A DNA stretch of 57,092 nt, filler included, from Jimgerdemannia flammicorona (lineage: Eukaryota), in the NCBI GenBank assembly GCA_003990765.1. It is 2 parts of 2 records of this genome, joined end to end, with 100 filler letters (N's around TTAATTAATTAA, not from the genome) between each part and the next. Parts side by side here need not be neighbours in the genome. Positions count along the whole stretch, not along the records: positions 1 to 28,521 come from RBNJ01000556.1; positions 28,622 to 57,092 come from RBNJ01000557.1. One strand, 5' to 3'. Positions 25,601 to 39,390 of this stretch are shown one piece after another. A program made the translations under genes and the position numbers. Position 1 is the stretch's first letter. Every line of letters begins with the position of its first letter. The notes under the pieces are model-generated. The model searched no databases. It was not told the DNA's origin and saw only the letters and a program-made list of their open reading frames with translations.

Positions 25601-28521
25601 GGGTGGAGAGCTGGAGATAGGAAGGTGCCCCAGTTAGTGTTAGGTGGATGAGGATGAAAGCAATGGCTAAGGTTTACTGGAGTGAGGCTGGTAGGGAGGC
25701 TGGAAAGCAGAGAAGATGATGGGTGAGATGGGCTTCTATTAGACTGACCAGACTCTTGGAGGATTGGGCAGAGCTAGCTATGGTGGTGGAGAGGAGAGAG
25801 GATTGGAGATTGATGAGGGTGAAAAAGAAGATTGGGGAATTACAACAGGTGCTAAGAGATGAGGAGGAGGCAAGGGTGCAGAGCTTAGCAGCATGGCTTC
25901 ATTGGTAGGAGTTGGAGGAAGGAGAGAGGCCCTCTAAGTATCTCATAAGGGCCCTTCAGATGAGAAGGGTACAGTAATGGTGAGAGGGGGTGATTGACTC
26001 TGATGGTATACTGGTGCATGGTATATAAGACATCCTTGGTTCACTAAAGGTGCAATAGAGTAGATTGTAGAGTGAGAAGGAGGGGGGGGCAGATACTGCT
26101 GCCATTGACTAGGCATTGAAAGATTGGCACCCTCTTCAAGCAGATGGGCTGGGTGACTTGGTATTGCCAGTACAGGAGGAGGAGATCTACCAGGTTCTTG
26201 CCATGATAATCTTGGACATGGTATCTAGGGAGAATGGTCTGCCCTGGGACTTCTGGAAGAAGATGGTGGGAGTCCTGGGAGTTCTGGGTGAGATGATAGC
26301 ATTGTGTGACTTTATATTATAGACAGGGAGATGAGTGGGGGAACAGGATCTGAGGCTGGTGATACTGCTTTATAAGAACAAAGGAAGGCATGAGGACTGG
26401 AAGAACTGATGCTGATTATGCTACTAGATATGGACAGAAAGTTGGTGATGAAGGTAGTGGTCATATGGCTACAGAAGGTGGTCTAGTAAGTTCTGAGCAT
26501 TGAGCAGAGGGGCTTTGTAGAAGGCTGGCTCATTAGGGATAGCACAGCTTGGGTGCATGGAGTTATTGAAGGGGCATGAGCCTGTGGACTAGATGGGTGA
26601 TTGGTCTTCTTGGACCAAGAGAAGGCTTATGACTGGGTGCATCAAGTCTGGCTGGCAAAAGTATTAGATAGAACTGGAGTACCACTACAGTTCCAGTTAG
26701 CAATGATCAGCCTACTGGAAAGGAGTAGGGTGGCACTCATTTGTAATGGACATAGAGGAGTATCTTTTCCTCTGAGTAGGGGAGTACTCCAGGGGGACCC
26801 ACTGTCCCCCATTCTATATGTCCTTTCTCTGGAGCTCCTAATAGATAGAATCAGGTGGAAGATAATAGGGCTCTCCATCTTTGGAATTGGGTGGAAAGTT
26901 GGGGCCTTTGCAGATGACATAGTTGTTAGCCTGAGATCCATTGCTAATGTTGAGGAGCTCAAGAAAATGGTGAAGTGATATGAGAAGAACTCTGGTATCA
27001 AACTCAATTGGCATAAGTGTAAAACAATGGTATTGGGTAATGGTTTGGTGGGTGGGAACATTATCAGAACAATCATCTCTACTGGCAAGATAGTGTGGTA
27101 CTTGGGTATTTATTTGTCAGTATATGGGTCAGTACTGCCTAGACTTTGGTGGGAGTAGAGGATTGGAATCTGGGGGGAGGCCCTGTGGAGTTGGGGGAGT
27201 TGCCATTTATGTATCTCTAGTGGGGTATATCTCAATTTTGAATCTCTATTGGCTGCCAAAGTTGTGGTATCTGGCTTATCATCTGGACTTCCCAGTCTGG
27301 ATAGTGAAGCAATTATTGAAGCTGGCCAAGGAGTGGATCTGGGCTAAAAGAAGGGGTCAGATCAGTTGGGAGGTCTTATCTTTACTAGTGGCAAGAGGAG
27401 AACTTGAGCTGGTTGACTTTCTGAAGTGGCTACACTGCTTGAGGGCATAGTGGTTGAAGAGAGTGGTGGAATTGAGAGGAGGCAGTTGGATTTCCCTATT
27501 ACAGAAGGTCTGGGAGATGAGAACCTCATCAAGAGACTCAACAGGCAATTTTCTTTCATTGGTGGAGCTTCAGAAGACTGTACAATTGTGATATAAAGAC
27601 TTCTGGTAGAGAGTAGTGGAGGGGGCATACTGCATTGGAATTTATTGGCAGGGTAATGAAGAAGAGGTGGCTTGGGACCAGGTGATGTGGAGATGGGACC
27701 AAGTGTTGTTGGGAGACATTCTCTTAATTGAGTTTGACATTGGTGATGAAATAGACTGCCAAAGGAGACAAGGCCAGGATCTGTGGCCTAGTGGATGGCA
27801 GGGAGTTGATATTGGAGAAGAATGGAACTGGTATAGCATGTGGGCCTAAAGTGCTGAGGTGAGAAGGTAGATGCCACTAAAGTACTGAGTGGTCTGGTAG
27901 TATATGCTGAGGCAGAATGTGATGCTCAATTTCTGCTTGGGTCATCTTATCAAGGGGGGTTGCTTTGACTATAAGGAGTGCCACAATATAGGGCAGGAAG
28001 GAGGATATGTACAGATGTCTGAACATTGGCTAAAAGAGTGTAAGGTACTTAGCAACTTCTGGCAGGCTATTGGAGACTACTTGGGGGTAGTGTATTGGAG
28101 TAATGACATGCAGAATTGGTGGAGGATCTGAGGAATAGACTGGTGGAGGGGGTGGGAAAGGAGTGACTTACCTTAGGCTGAGTTTTGGTGATTTGGATAG
28201 GGTTAGCCAGTTACTAGCTATTTGTTTTTGAAGATGGAAGGAGACTTAGCTTAAGGGACTAGTTGTTGCATTGGCATGACCTTATGGAAGACACCTTGAC
28301 AGGCTGGTGGCTTGGTTGGGGGCTGCTGAGTAGTCAAAGATACTACTTAGTGGAGAAGATCTGTAGGCAGAGTTGGGGGAGGGTGGGGGTAGTGGGTGAG
28401 AAGGTGATCTTTATTTGCAATGATACAAGGAGAGGCTACCTTATGAGAATCAGGTAGGGGGAGGGGATGATGTATAATTATGAATAGATTGGTAATAAAT
28501 GGTAAAGTTCAAGTAACTATA
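22671..28521 (+). mobile_element. Near full-length, inactivated LINE (APE-type, L1/Tx1-like)
   Basis: ORF1 relic 22752-24766; ORF2 relic 24798-~28457 with endonuclease start IFSLNMNEL and GGNFN, RT motifs FLDQEKAYDWV, GVLQGDPLSP, AFADDIVV, YLGI, and a C-terminal Cys/His cluster; AATAAA near 28494. Confidence 0.92.
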
Positions 28522-28621
28522 NNNNNNNNNNNNNNNNNNNNNNNNNNNNNNNNNNNNNNNNNNNNTTAATTAATTAANNNNNNNNNNNNNNNNNNNNNNN
28601 NNNNNNNNNNNNNNNNNNNNN
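28522..28621. other. Assembly gap with artificial TTAATTAATTAA spacer
   Basis: N-runs flanking a 12-nt six-frame-stop palindrome. Confidence 0.9.
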
Positions 28622-28727
28622 TTTTTATTGTGAGGAATTGACAATATAGCTCAGATAAGCTGCTGATATAATATGAGGACAATTCACTATATATAGAACC
28701 CATTAGAATAAAGTGTTGTGGTACTTG

Positions 28728-28762
<35 letters not shown>

Positions 28763-28767
<5 letters not shown>

Positions 28768-28862
28768 TCAGGTGTCAAGTTTGTGGCTTAGGTATCAGTC
28801 TTTGTGGCTTAGGTGTCAGTCTTTGTGGCTTAGGTGCCAGTCTTTGTGGCTTAGGTGTCAGC
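28763..28862. repeat. 21-bp tandem repeat (TTTGTGGCTTAGGTGTCAGTC), 4 copies plus a partial
   Basis: Directly visible. Confidence 0.9.
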
Positions 28863-29123
28863 AAGTTGGATTTATTGTCAATAGTTAACGTGACTTGCCC
28901 TTAACAATGCCTGCTAGAGCTAGAGCACGCCCGTTGTGCTATGCATCCTTTAACTGTATTCACGAACGGTAAAAATGGGTTTACAAAACTGTGAAACAGG
29001 CCAGCGAAAAAAGCACCCGAAGTTTTATATATATATCCCCACGCGAAGATAAATCACGTGCCCATGATGTCACTTCACAAGTTTCGACATTTTGGGTCGT
29101 CACCAGAAACCATCCTCAAGACC

Positions 29124-29621
29124 ATGTCCCCTACACTACGCTCACAGGTTATATCCCTGTACAAACAGGTAGCGTCTGGTCGGATGTGCTAATCCGCACA
29201 TCGTGGTTGTGACCTTGATTTCTGTCTTTTTTCGAAGGCTTAACTCGAACCGGCTTCCTTATCGAAGCTCGTCTACCTGGGTCGCGAGTATCCGCTTGGG
29301 TATACAGAATACTTCCGTCCGCGGCTGAAGGCGGCGTTTGCGAAGAAGAGCGATTTGAGAGAAGGTGAGGAGATTAGGAGGGCGATTGCGCACGGGGAGT
29401 ATGTTGTCAAAGGTGAGTGGGAGGGTTTGTGGTGAGGTAGAGTTCTCGCCTTGGAAACCATGGCAATTAGTCAATACGGGGCTGAGATGAGGTTATGGAC
29501 CCCTTTGCACATTTTCAATGTTTTGGACTCATGCCGTGTTTCTTTTCTTTGTGTAGAGCTAGAGGCATTGTATTTCCTCAAAAAGTACCGCACAATGAAA
29601 CAGCGCTATGAGACTCGCTGA
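29124..29621 (+). CDS. LYRM5: LYR-motif protein 5 / ETF regulatory factor 1; exons 29124-29168, 29268-29412, 29557-29621
   Basis: GT-AG introns splice to [39 protein letters not shown]...[27 protein letters not shown]; absent from the ORF track because it is spliced. Confidence 0.93.
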
Positions 29622-29784
29622 GGTGTATAAACGAACAATAAATTTGTCTTTGGTTGACAGTGGTTAAATGACGTCACACTCAAGCCACATGCTCTCTGAA
29701 CGTTCGTGTCGTCCTTATGACACATCTTCTGCGGCCACATAATATCTTCGTGGCCTTCCTCTTCCTTTGTCGACGATTCTCGTA

Positions 29785-32700
29785 ATGACCTCCCTGCTCA
29801 TAACCCTCACCGTGAGATCCCTTGAGCCTTCCGCCACACACGCCATCACGCTACCCAGAGATGCCTCCGTTTTGTCCCTTAAGGAACGCATCCACTCAAT
29901 CGCAGAGGTTACTCCGGAGAGGCAGCGACTGATCTTTCAGGGAAGGGTGCTTAAGGATGAAAAGATTTTGACCGAGTACGGTACGTTACGAGCTGAACTG
30001 CTTCGAAATCGAACGATTTCAACTACTCAAAGCACCATGTATTGCAATGTCACCTGTCGACTAACCAGGACTTGACGACGGCAAGGTTATCCACCTCGTC
30101 GTGAGGCCAAACGACGGCCCAGTCAATCGAGACAATGGTAAGTGACAATACCCTCGGCCTTTATTTCCTTTATACACTCCTATCTCTATCTCTCAACGGT
30201 TCGGAAACGCCACAATCTCGCAGACGAACCACAACCACCTTCAACAACACGACGGCTACCACGAATTGGCCTCCGAGGTCCTATCACGGGGCCGCCCTCC
30301 GTAAATCTCCCGGGTGTACAGGTCTCGGACTACACCATGATCGCGGTCGACACCACGACCGACAACGCGGGGGAGATCGGCACGGTAGATTTTATTTCCG
30401 GTTTCCCCTGATGCTACTTTGCCCTCCTCCTCGCGCCGACTCTATGTCCTCAAGCTTACCCCCACCCTACTTGATAACCTCAGCTGGTCCAGAGCATTGT
30501 GAGCGGGCTTGGTGCTTCCCAACAATTCGACTCAGTCCAAACCTACGTCCACGCACCCGGCGGAACCGTTTCTGTGCCCGTGGTATGTCATGCTTTCGAG
30601 AAGTTACTCGATTCACAAACCCTCCGACGAACCCGAGGCTTATGGTACGAAAAAAACAAAAAAAAAAACAAAAAAAAACAAAAACCTTTGTTCTCATGGC
30701 ACCCAGGACCTCGGCAGCCGCGGTACCGGCTCGGCAGGAGGGCCCGCTGCGAACAGAACAAATGATGGAGGAGCGGGGGATCCGTTGAGGGTCCCAGTGA
30801 GTTGAAGAGTATTTTATTTTTGATGCGCAAGGACCATTTGGTTTCTTTGGGTTGGATTGAGTGATGGTGAGACGGGTTTGTAGCCATGGTAAGGAGAACG
30901 TGTGCTAACGAAGTGGTGTCGTTGATGCAGGTGGACCTCGATACTAGGCTGTCGAGGGCGGCGGCCCTTATACGGGTGATACGCGATTTGCTTACGGTGC
31001 CACTGGGACAAGGTATGTAATGTTCTTTGTTGAGTCTTTTTAGGGTTATTTTGAGATTATGCTGGAGGTAGTTTGGTGTGGTGTGTTGTATGAGCAGGAG
31101 ATATCCAAATCGTGGTTGTAAATGATAATTTTCCAAGGGCTGTGCGAATAGGAATATTGAACGGATGACGGCAAACGCAAGGACTGACATTAAGCATCAA
31201 CATTTCGTCTTTATTGTTATCTTTGTAGATGTGAACGACAATGTGACGCAACCTACTGCTGAGGATCGCGAGGCAATCATGTCCAGCGGGGCCACACCAG
31301 CTGCACATGTGGCACACGTTGTACGGCAGATGGCCGATTTGACGGAGGGCATGACGTCGTCGCTAAGGGAGCTGAGCCAGAGTCTGCGGGACGAGGGCGA
31401 TGTGGAGGGCGATGAGGTTTGTCACTTTTATTTTATTTTTATTTTTAATATTAATAATTATTCGGTGTTATCGGCGGTAGATTACACAGATTACACTTTG
31501 TTCTTGCTAATTACATATGACACCCATTATTCGCAGGCCCGAAGACGCATTCAGCACCAATCGCAGCGAACGGCGCGCGTCTTCTCCCGCTTTGCCCAAC
31601 TCCAGAACCTCATGGCCCCAATCCTCGCCGGCGCACGCGTGGAGGGCACGCGACCGGGTGAGGCCGAGATGCGTATTAGCAACCTGCGCGGCCCCACTTC
31701 AAGAACCTCCCCACCGATGCAGCCCTCGCAGCAGAGACAACATAACGTCTTGCCCCCAGGGTTCGGTCTCCCCTTCCCCGCTGGACTAAGGCCGTTCAGC
31801 TTCTCCTTCACTCCGCAAACTCCTTCGTCCTCGGCGTCGGGCCACCAGGGACAGACACAATCGCGGGCGCAGGCAGCGGCAGGTGTGGCGGGGGCACAGC
31901 AGCAGCAGGGAGCGCCAGGCGGATCTGGCACTGCGGCTGTGCAGATTGTGGATATTTCCATCATGAGCGGTTTTGGTGGGGGCGGTGGCGCAGCTGGAAC
32001 CGTCAGCGGGCGTCGGCACGTATCGCCATACGAGCTATTCAGTGGGTTGGGTAATCCTCCCGGCAGAATGTCCTCTACCATACCACCTACCGCAACGTCG
32101 CAAGCCTCGCAGACGCAGCAGTCACAGACGCCTGGCGCGCCTTCGGACCAGACCACACCCACGGCCAGCACGGCGGCCACCCCTTCAGTTCCAACCGCCA
32201 TTTCCGCGGCCGCTATGCGCGACCCGAACCCCATCATGAGTTACTTCCATCTGCCAGCAGATTCGCCAGCCATCGACTCCTTATTCTCGAGGCGTGGCAC
32301 GGACGCAGGTGCTCAGGGCTCGGCTACAGAGAGCATGCAGGTCGACGAGCCTCCTTCGCAGGCTTCGGCTACGACGGGGACCTCGACGAACGAACCGCAA
32401 AACACACCAACCCCGACCCAGACCCAGAACCCCGCCACGGCGAACACGCCTGTACACGGGATCTCTGGGATCCCCGGGATCCCTGGGATCTCTGGGATCT
32501 CTGGGATCTCTGGGATCCCTGGGAGCTCTGGGATCTCTGGGATCTCTGGGATCTCTGGGATCCCCGGGATCCCCGGCGCACAGGCGCAAATAATCAACCA
32601 ACTCATGAGCTCGTTCATACCCGGTCTCATGAACAACCCTGTCGACCCTTCCACTCGCGGAACGCCTGGCGAAACTTCACCCGCCTCCGCCAACCCCGAT

Positions 32701-34760
32701 GCTGACCCTAATCGGTCGCACGACAACAGACCCGCGTTCCGCACAAGCGGCGTCATAGTTAGGACCAGCGCCAGCGATGATTTTTCCATGATGCTCCCAG
32801 GCGGGCTGCTGCCCAGCACGGGAGCGGGTGGGGGTGGACGTGCTTCTAGAACAAGGAATCCATCATTGACTCGCTCGTCGCCGTCAACTTCGAACCCCCC
32901 AGCTCCGCTTTCCGATCTCCATCGGAATCTGTTGTCGAATTTCTCGTCGGTAGCCCCCACGAACACATTGGGCCCCTCTTCATCGTCGCCGCTCACAACC
33001 TCGAGGCATCATCATCGCCACTCAAGGTCCGTGGGTGGTTCCAGAGGCGAGGCCTCAAACCCTAACCAAACTACGTATAATCTCGGGAGGATCGGTAGGC
33101 TCGTCTCGGCGGTGTTGAGGATCTTGGATCAGCCGCATGAGGACGGGTCACCGCGATTGTTGTCTGATGTCATGCGTGAACAGGGTGCGGGAGAGGCCGT
33201 TGAGAGCGTGGATGATGGCGGTAAGTAGTAGTGGTTGGATTGGTCGGTCGTTTGGATTGTATTTCTGTGTGGTGTCTGTTTTAGTATTTATTATTATTAT
33301 TTTCTTCTTCGGCTTCTCCTATCATTCATAGATATCGCGAGGCTGCACGATTTGTTCCGCAACCTCGGCGTAAGCTTGACTGTAAGAGAGGCGAGAAGCG
33401 TGATCGATGGTAGGCGTAGTTTCATGAATATTGAAGATATGCGAGCATGTGTTGTTTGCCGCGTAAAACGTTGTAAGTACTAACAAAGACTTTGCTCATC
33501 TTTAGGTCATCCCGAGGCTCTGCGGAATGTGCACCCTGTGTTGAATTCGTTTATTCGAGAGGTTTTGATGAATAATACTGAGATGGGTGAAGATGACTTG
33601 AATGTAAGTTATCTTGGAGATCAAGTATTTGGCTCATAGGGTTGGAAACTGTTGGCGAGTCTCTTCTGTCGTCATGAATTGTGTTTATCGATTTGCACAA
33701 TTTGCTAACAAGCCACCATCATTCCATTGCACAGAGGATCGTCAACATGCTCACCACCAACCTGGTCGCCTCAATCGATTTTCCCGGCGCCATCAGCACG
33801 CTCCAGCCGCCCATGCCCAACGCTGTGTCCGTAACGGACCTGGAGACGATGTCGACCAGTGTCCTGCGCACACACCTGCGGCGCCTTGTTCATCTCGCCA
33901 GCTCCGTCCGGCAGGGTAACGAGATGGCCTATGACACTTTCGGCCACGACCTAACCCTGTGGATCCGCGACATCATCGGCGGCTGGAGGGGCGCTTTCTA
34001 CGCGCTGTTTTCGGAGGTAGAGAGGCGTGAGGCAAGGAGGATCGCCGTCTACATCGTCCGTGAATGGCTCAGGAGGTACTTGCCGCGTTGGGACCTGCTC
34101 GTCAGGAGGGCGAGCGATACCTTTGTTGATGCCTTGGCTGATAATATTATCGCCCGCGACCGCTCAAGCCATGGTCGTAATGTAAATGCGCAAGCAGCCG
34201 CCGTCGTAGCAACGACATCCTCATCAAACGCTTCCATGAGCGACCCGGACGACTTGATGGACTTCACTTTGGACTCAACGTCCCCTCCCGCTGTACAGTA
34301 TCACACTATATCGGTCCCCGCTCCGGCGCCAGTGTCCATGCCGCCTCCCGAACCGACTTTATCGTCGGCTAGCTCCGCCGCTCCTACTGCTACCTCCCAG
34401 CCGCCGGCGCTCACATCACCCCTCCCCGATGCACCGTCCTTCTCTTCCGCCAATCAGCTACGGGAACGTACGCCGCCCCATGCAGGAGAGAGCGACGACG
34501 ACAATGACCGGGGCGTGTCCAAGAACTCCAAGCGGAGGAAGTTGGACGACTCCATGACAGCGTCCTCATCCTCCTCCGTGACCGCAGCAACCAGCTCCGC
34601 CGCCGGGATCGGCGAGCTCGGTACCGAGCTCCTCGATATACTAGGGCAGGAACTACAGGACGGTGAGGAGGCGGGTGAAGAGGGAAACACCGGCCCAGCT
34701 ACGCGTCCGGCTAAGAAGAAGGATGGGAAGGGGAAGGAGAAAGGCGAGGGATCGGCTTAA
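29785..34760 (+). CDS. BAG6/Scythe-like large proline-rich protein with N-terminal ubiquitin-like domain; multi-exon, not all junctions resolved
   Basis: UBL ...LKERI...[35 protein letters not shown]; segments [18 protein letters not shown] and [23 protein letters not shown] resemble conserved BAG6 helices as I recall them; last exon ends TAA 34760. Confidence 0.75.
32458..32577 (+). repeat. In-frame 9-bp repeat encoding ~13 GIS/GIP tripeptides
   Basis: GGGATCTCT/GGGATCCCC units in the large BAG6-like exon. Confidence 0.92.
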
Positions 34761-37204
34761 TTAATTGGGTAAGAGAAAGGTTGGGCGATGGTGAACGATC
34801 TAGTATGAGATCGAGTATTTGCAGTTGGACACTTGCACTCTCCTGCGATGACTGTGATGGACACTACTGCGTAGAAGGATGGATACATATATCTAGCTTG
34901 CGGTTTGAAATGTCAACTTTGTAAAATACGTGATCATGAATTTTTGTGGTAGAAGTCATTTGTAAAGAAGTATATGGTTTTGTGCCCGCATTCCGCCATG
35001 GAAGTGCGAAGATATCGTTTCATCACAAATGCGGAATGCGCTTTAATCTGTGCACAACTGTTATATCCGTTTTAAGTGTCATGCCAAATTTTCCGTGTCT
35101 CGGCAGCCTTTCGTTTAACCGCGTTACTGTATTCCATATAGCTTCGATCTCCTACTACTACGCACGTATTATCATATTAATGATAGCCTATGGGTTGGCA
35201 AACCGAGGTCCCAGTAAGAGAGTCATGTAAGAGGTAGATGAATCATTCTACCTGGTTCTCTTTACTGCAAAGATGTATAAAAATTTACTATAATATTTGT
35301 CTATACCCTTCATCTTACTATTCTAAATAACTTTAGTCATTTGTTTTTATCATATCTCTTTTGATTATTTTCTATTATGACTTTCAGATTACCTTGTGAT
35401 TGCATCTCGATGTAGCATCTCCAGTAGCTTTACCCTTCTTATTATATCATCAACATTGCTAGTGATATCAATTTTAAGAGATTCAGTCTTAAGACTTTAT
35501 TAAGTAATAAAAGAAAGAAAATTATTGCATGATCACTACCGATCTTCGGTATTATATTGTTAGGCCCTGGTACTGTTGTCATGCTCCAAGTATGAAATAC
35601 CATTTTGTACATATGAGTGTTGGACTATAGTGGTTTGTATATCTGAGTCTATAATGTTTCGCTGGGTAAAGTTGTCTTAGAATAATGGCTAGGAATGGTA
35701 ACGATGTCTGACTCTAGCCATCTGTATATTTCCCCCAATCTTGATAATCAATAATTGAAGGGGGGTTTATGACGTTGCATTTGTTTTATTTTATTTTATT
35801 TTGCCAGTGTGAGTGCTAAAAAAAAAAAAAAAAGGGGGGGGTCAGTAGAAATAGTGATGTATAACTCACCGACGATGACTCGATGCCTAGCTCAGAGGTT
35901 CAGAAATGGGGCCGATCATCCTATTTCTTTGTGTATCTGCGTAACATCCGGTTTTCCCACCTCTGTCGGTGTCCGAGGTTCGGCACGTTGGCAGTTGAAT
36001 CCACAAAATAGAGATTTGTTGTTCGGTGTCATGAGCGCGGGGGGGGATTCTTATTTCACGACAGCCTTCGTCAACTCGAGTGCATCCCCTTTCAAGTTAT
36101 TCCCAATAATAGTATGCAATACATATTTTGTATATACATTGTTAGTTAGTAGGTTTTTATTATTCGCTATTCCTTTGGAGTTTTTGCTGTCAGCCTTTGA
36201 CCCATATTGTTGGATTGGAACATTGTGTTATCTGATTTCAGATTAGCAAATTCTCCAACTGTTGCGATGATGCCTAACCTCTGAAATGCCTGTCGTAGGA
36301 AGTTGGTAGCTGCAGTGTTTGCCCTTTCTTCAAGCTCCGCCTTTTCATAAATTGAATGCTCGTGCGCATGTAGGATATGTAAGTGCGTTGGATATTTGGT
36401 GTAGAGCATGAGATATGTCGTCTCGCGAACCGCCCAACTTAGCAGAACTGATAGGTCGCCCAGCCAAATTATTTTTTGCTGAGGCTCTCTACCGGATCTC
36501 TGTCTTGTATATATATATATACCGCCAAGATTACATCGGAGATCCTGGAGCACGAGTGTCACCAAAGTGACCAGTATGGAGATAATTACCGTAAACAGAA
36601 ACACAATCGCGGTCTTCCGATGAGCAAATATACGATTCGTGGTGGCATAGATTATAAATTTACCTTTTTTGTCCTGACAAAGGATTCCAAGACGGGCAAC
36701 TAAAAAACTCTAATCGCGTCGGGATCTTGCAACACAGCAGTCCTAAAGCGAAAACGCGAAGCTCCTCTATGCCGATGCTTACAACATAGGCAATCTGCAA
36801 ATAATCTTGACGAGCTCAGGTAACGAGATCGACTCACAACCTAGACAGACTCAAGCAATATGACCTTGACTCGTTGCATTGTTTAGGACCTGGATAGTCA
36901 GAGGAATCGTCTACTACCAAGCGTTTTTACGGAAGCCATTTATGGAAGTTCGCGGAGAAAATGACACGAGTTTCATTTCAAAATTGCGCGGTAATTACGA
37001 ACGGCCGATCTTGTATGCGATACGAAAGTCCAATGACACGAGATTCGGGCGAAACCTGGACTTCACAAAAGCGCGCACGAGCGTGGCGAATTCACAAGAT
37101 AATCTTAAGCTTATAAAAAGCACCACTCTCCCTCACTATCTCACAGGCAGCTGGGATATCACAACCACACTTCTTCCCTCTTTAACCCGCTCTCTTCCTC
37201 GACA

Positions 37205-38243
37205 ATGAAGATGATCTCCGCCTGCATTGCCACTTTAATGGTGGCCGCCGCTGTGCAAGCCATCCCGGTCAACGACATCAACAAGCAAACCGGCTGGACC
37301 TTCCCCGTTTACAACAACCCCGCTTTCCACTTTCCAGGCAAACGCTACCCGTCAGGTCGTCAAGACCTGGCGTAAGTACCAGTTGCACGCTACTAGCCAC
37401 AAGATCGGCCGCATCAAGAAGAATTCGGAAAGTTGCGAAATGGCTCGTTTCGGGCTGCGAGCATTCCGACTCTTTCCTAATATTTCCGGCGATTATATAA
37501 CAGATCAGCAATGACATTGAATACTAACGCCTCTATCAGCGTTGGCACCCCCGCCAAGACCTTCAAGCTGGACTTCGACACCGGTTCCTCGGACATGTGG
37601 TTCCCGTACACAGGCTGCAAAAGCACCTGCAGCGGTAAGACCATCTACGACCCGACCAAGAGCAGCACCTACAAGAAGGACGATCGCGCCTGGTCGATCG
37701 CCTACGGTGACGGCTCCACCTCCTCGGGTATCCTTGCTGTCGACATGGTGAACCTCGGCGAGTTCCAGATCCAGAACCAGGTTGTCGAAATGGCGTCCAC
37801 GATCTCTGCCTCGTTCCAGAGCGACCCGATCGATGGCCTCCTGGGGCTCGCCTTCGACTCCATCACCATCGTTGCCGGCATCAAGACCAGCTCGCCGTCG
37901 GCACAAAGGTCGTCGGGAAATCTTTCCAGGGCATCATCGACACCGGGACCACCCTCCTCCTCCTTACCAATACGTCGCCACTGACAACGACGACGGCATC
38001 TACAATATCAACTGCGATTCCACTAAACTCTCAGACGTCACCTTCTCCATCGGTTCCGGGAGTTTCAAAATCGCCAATACGGACTTCGTCTTCTACAACA
38101 ACGGCGACGGCACTTGCATCACTGGATTCGGGTACAGCTCCCTCAACTTCGCCATCCTCGGCGACGTGTTCATCAAGAATAACTACTTTATCTTCAACCA
38201 GAATGTCCCCAACGCCCAGATTGCCCCGCTGGCCGGTGTTTAA
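37205..38243 (+). pseudogene. Secreted pepsin-family (A1, rhizopuspepsin-like) aspartic protease pseudogene
   Basis: Signal peptide MKMISACIATLMVAAAVQA; FDTGSSD, IAYGDGS, DGLLGLAF; second IIDTGTT in a different frame; ILGDVFIKNNY; several frameshifts and two internal deletions. Confidence 0.88.
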
Positions 38244-39342
38244 ATGTAGCCATGGATTGACCCCTTGCATAGCTTTGTTTTATTTATTAGTAATATGTGC
38301 TGCGTAAATGGCCTGTAATATTTTTACTCGAAAATAAAGAGATACTTGACCCTCGCCACGCAAGCGTGTGAGGTCCCGAGCATTATGCTGCGCGAACTGT
38401 ACAAGCCTATCATTCCAGCCAGTTTCAATCGGGCTCATCTCACTATTTTGCTTCTTAATTTGAGAGACGAGGCGACGAAATAGACATTCTTTCCCAGCGC
38501 AAGCATCTCATTGTCGGTCTGGTTCGAAATCGCTGAGGCAATGCTAGCGCGGCCTGGAGTGAGAGATAAAGCGACGTTTTGTGTCGAGTATGAAAGCTAG
38601 GCGGTTGAAACAGAGAAATAGAGAGGACAAAATGCTAACTCGTCCATCCGCTAAACTCCTTCTACCCCCTCATCACCCCCTTCCCCTTCCGCTTCTACTG
38701 CTTGTACGTGCATATGGTCATCCACGTTCGTCGGCCACGTGGAAGCTTGCTAAGGCGAAATAACACCTTTGGCTTTTGCGTATGTGATCCGAATCAGATT
38801 GATAGTTATTGGTAGAGCTCAGAAAATTTAACTTGGTAGATCTGAACAGATAGATAGATATTGATAAATATATTATATTATATTATAAAGTTGAATGGCA
38901 ATAAATATAATACTTATATAAGAAAATGGAGATTTTAAGGGTTAGTACTAAGTAGATCTAGCTTAAAGCTATATATTATTTATAATATATTAGCCTGTAT
39001 TGCAGACAAAAATGCCTGCGAAATATTTCTCAATTCTCAACACTAGGTCCGCATACGGCTCGTACGCCGTGTACAGCGAGGTTTTGCTACAGATTAAGGG
39101 AACTGAAATTCAGTGTCTAATCGCTCTAATTCAGAGTATAGAAAATATAGATAGTCTAGAAATTTAATGTCATCTTGATACTATTGGCGATGAATATGCT
39201 AACAAATAGCAATCCGTCTGCCGATCGTGTATTGATTGCTAAAGTGGAAGAGAATAGCATTTTGAGAGTTCTGAAATAAATTATACGTAATATAAAAATG
39301 TATTCAACTTAGAGAACAATAGAGAATAATGTTTTTATGCAA

Positions 39343-39390
39343 CATCTACGTGGTGATGTGACGTCACATCTACGTGGTGATGTGACGTCA
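39343..39390. repeat. Perfect 24-bp tandem duplication, each copy ending in TGACGTCA
   Basis: CATCTACGTGGTGATGTGACGTCA x2. Confidence 0.9.

Noticed and set aside
28566..28577. Palindrome TTAATTAATTAA
   Set aside because: Embedded in N-runs; scaffolding artefact
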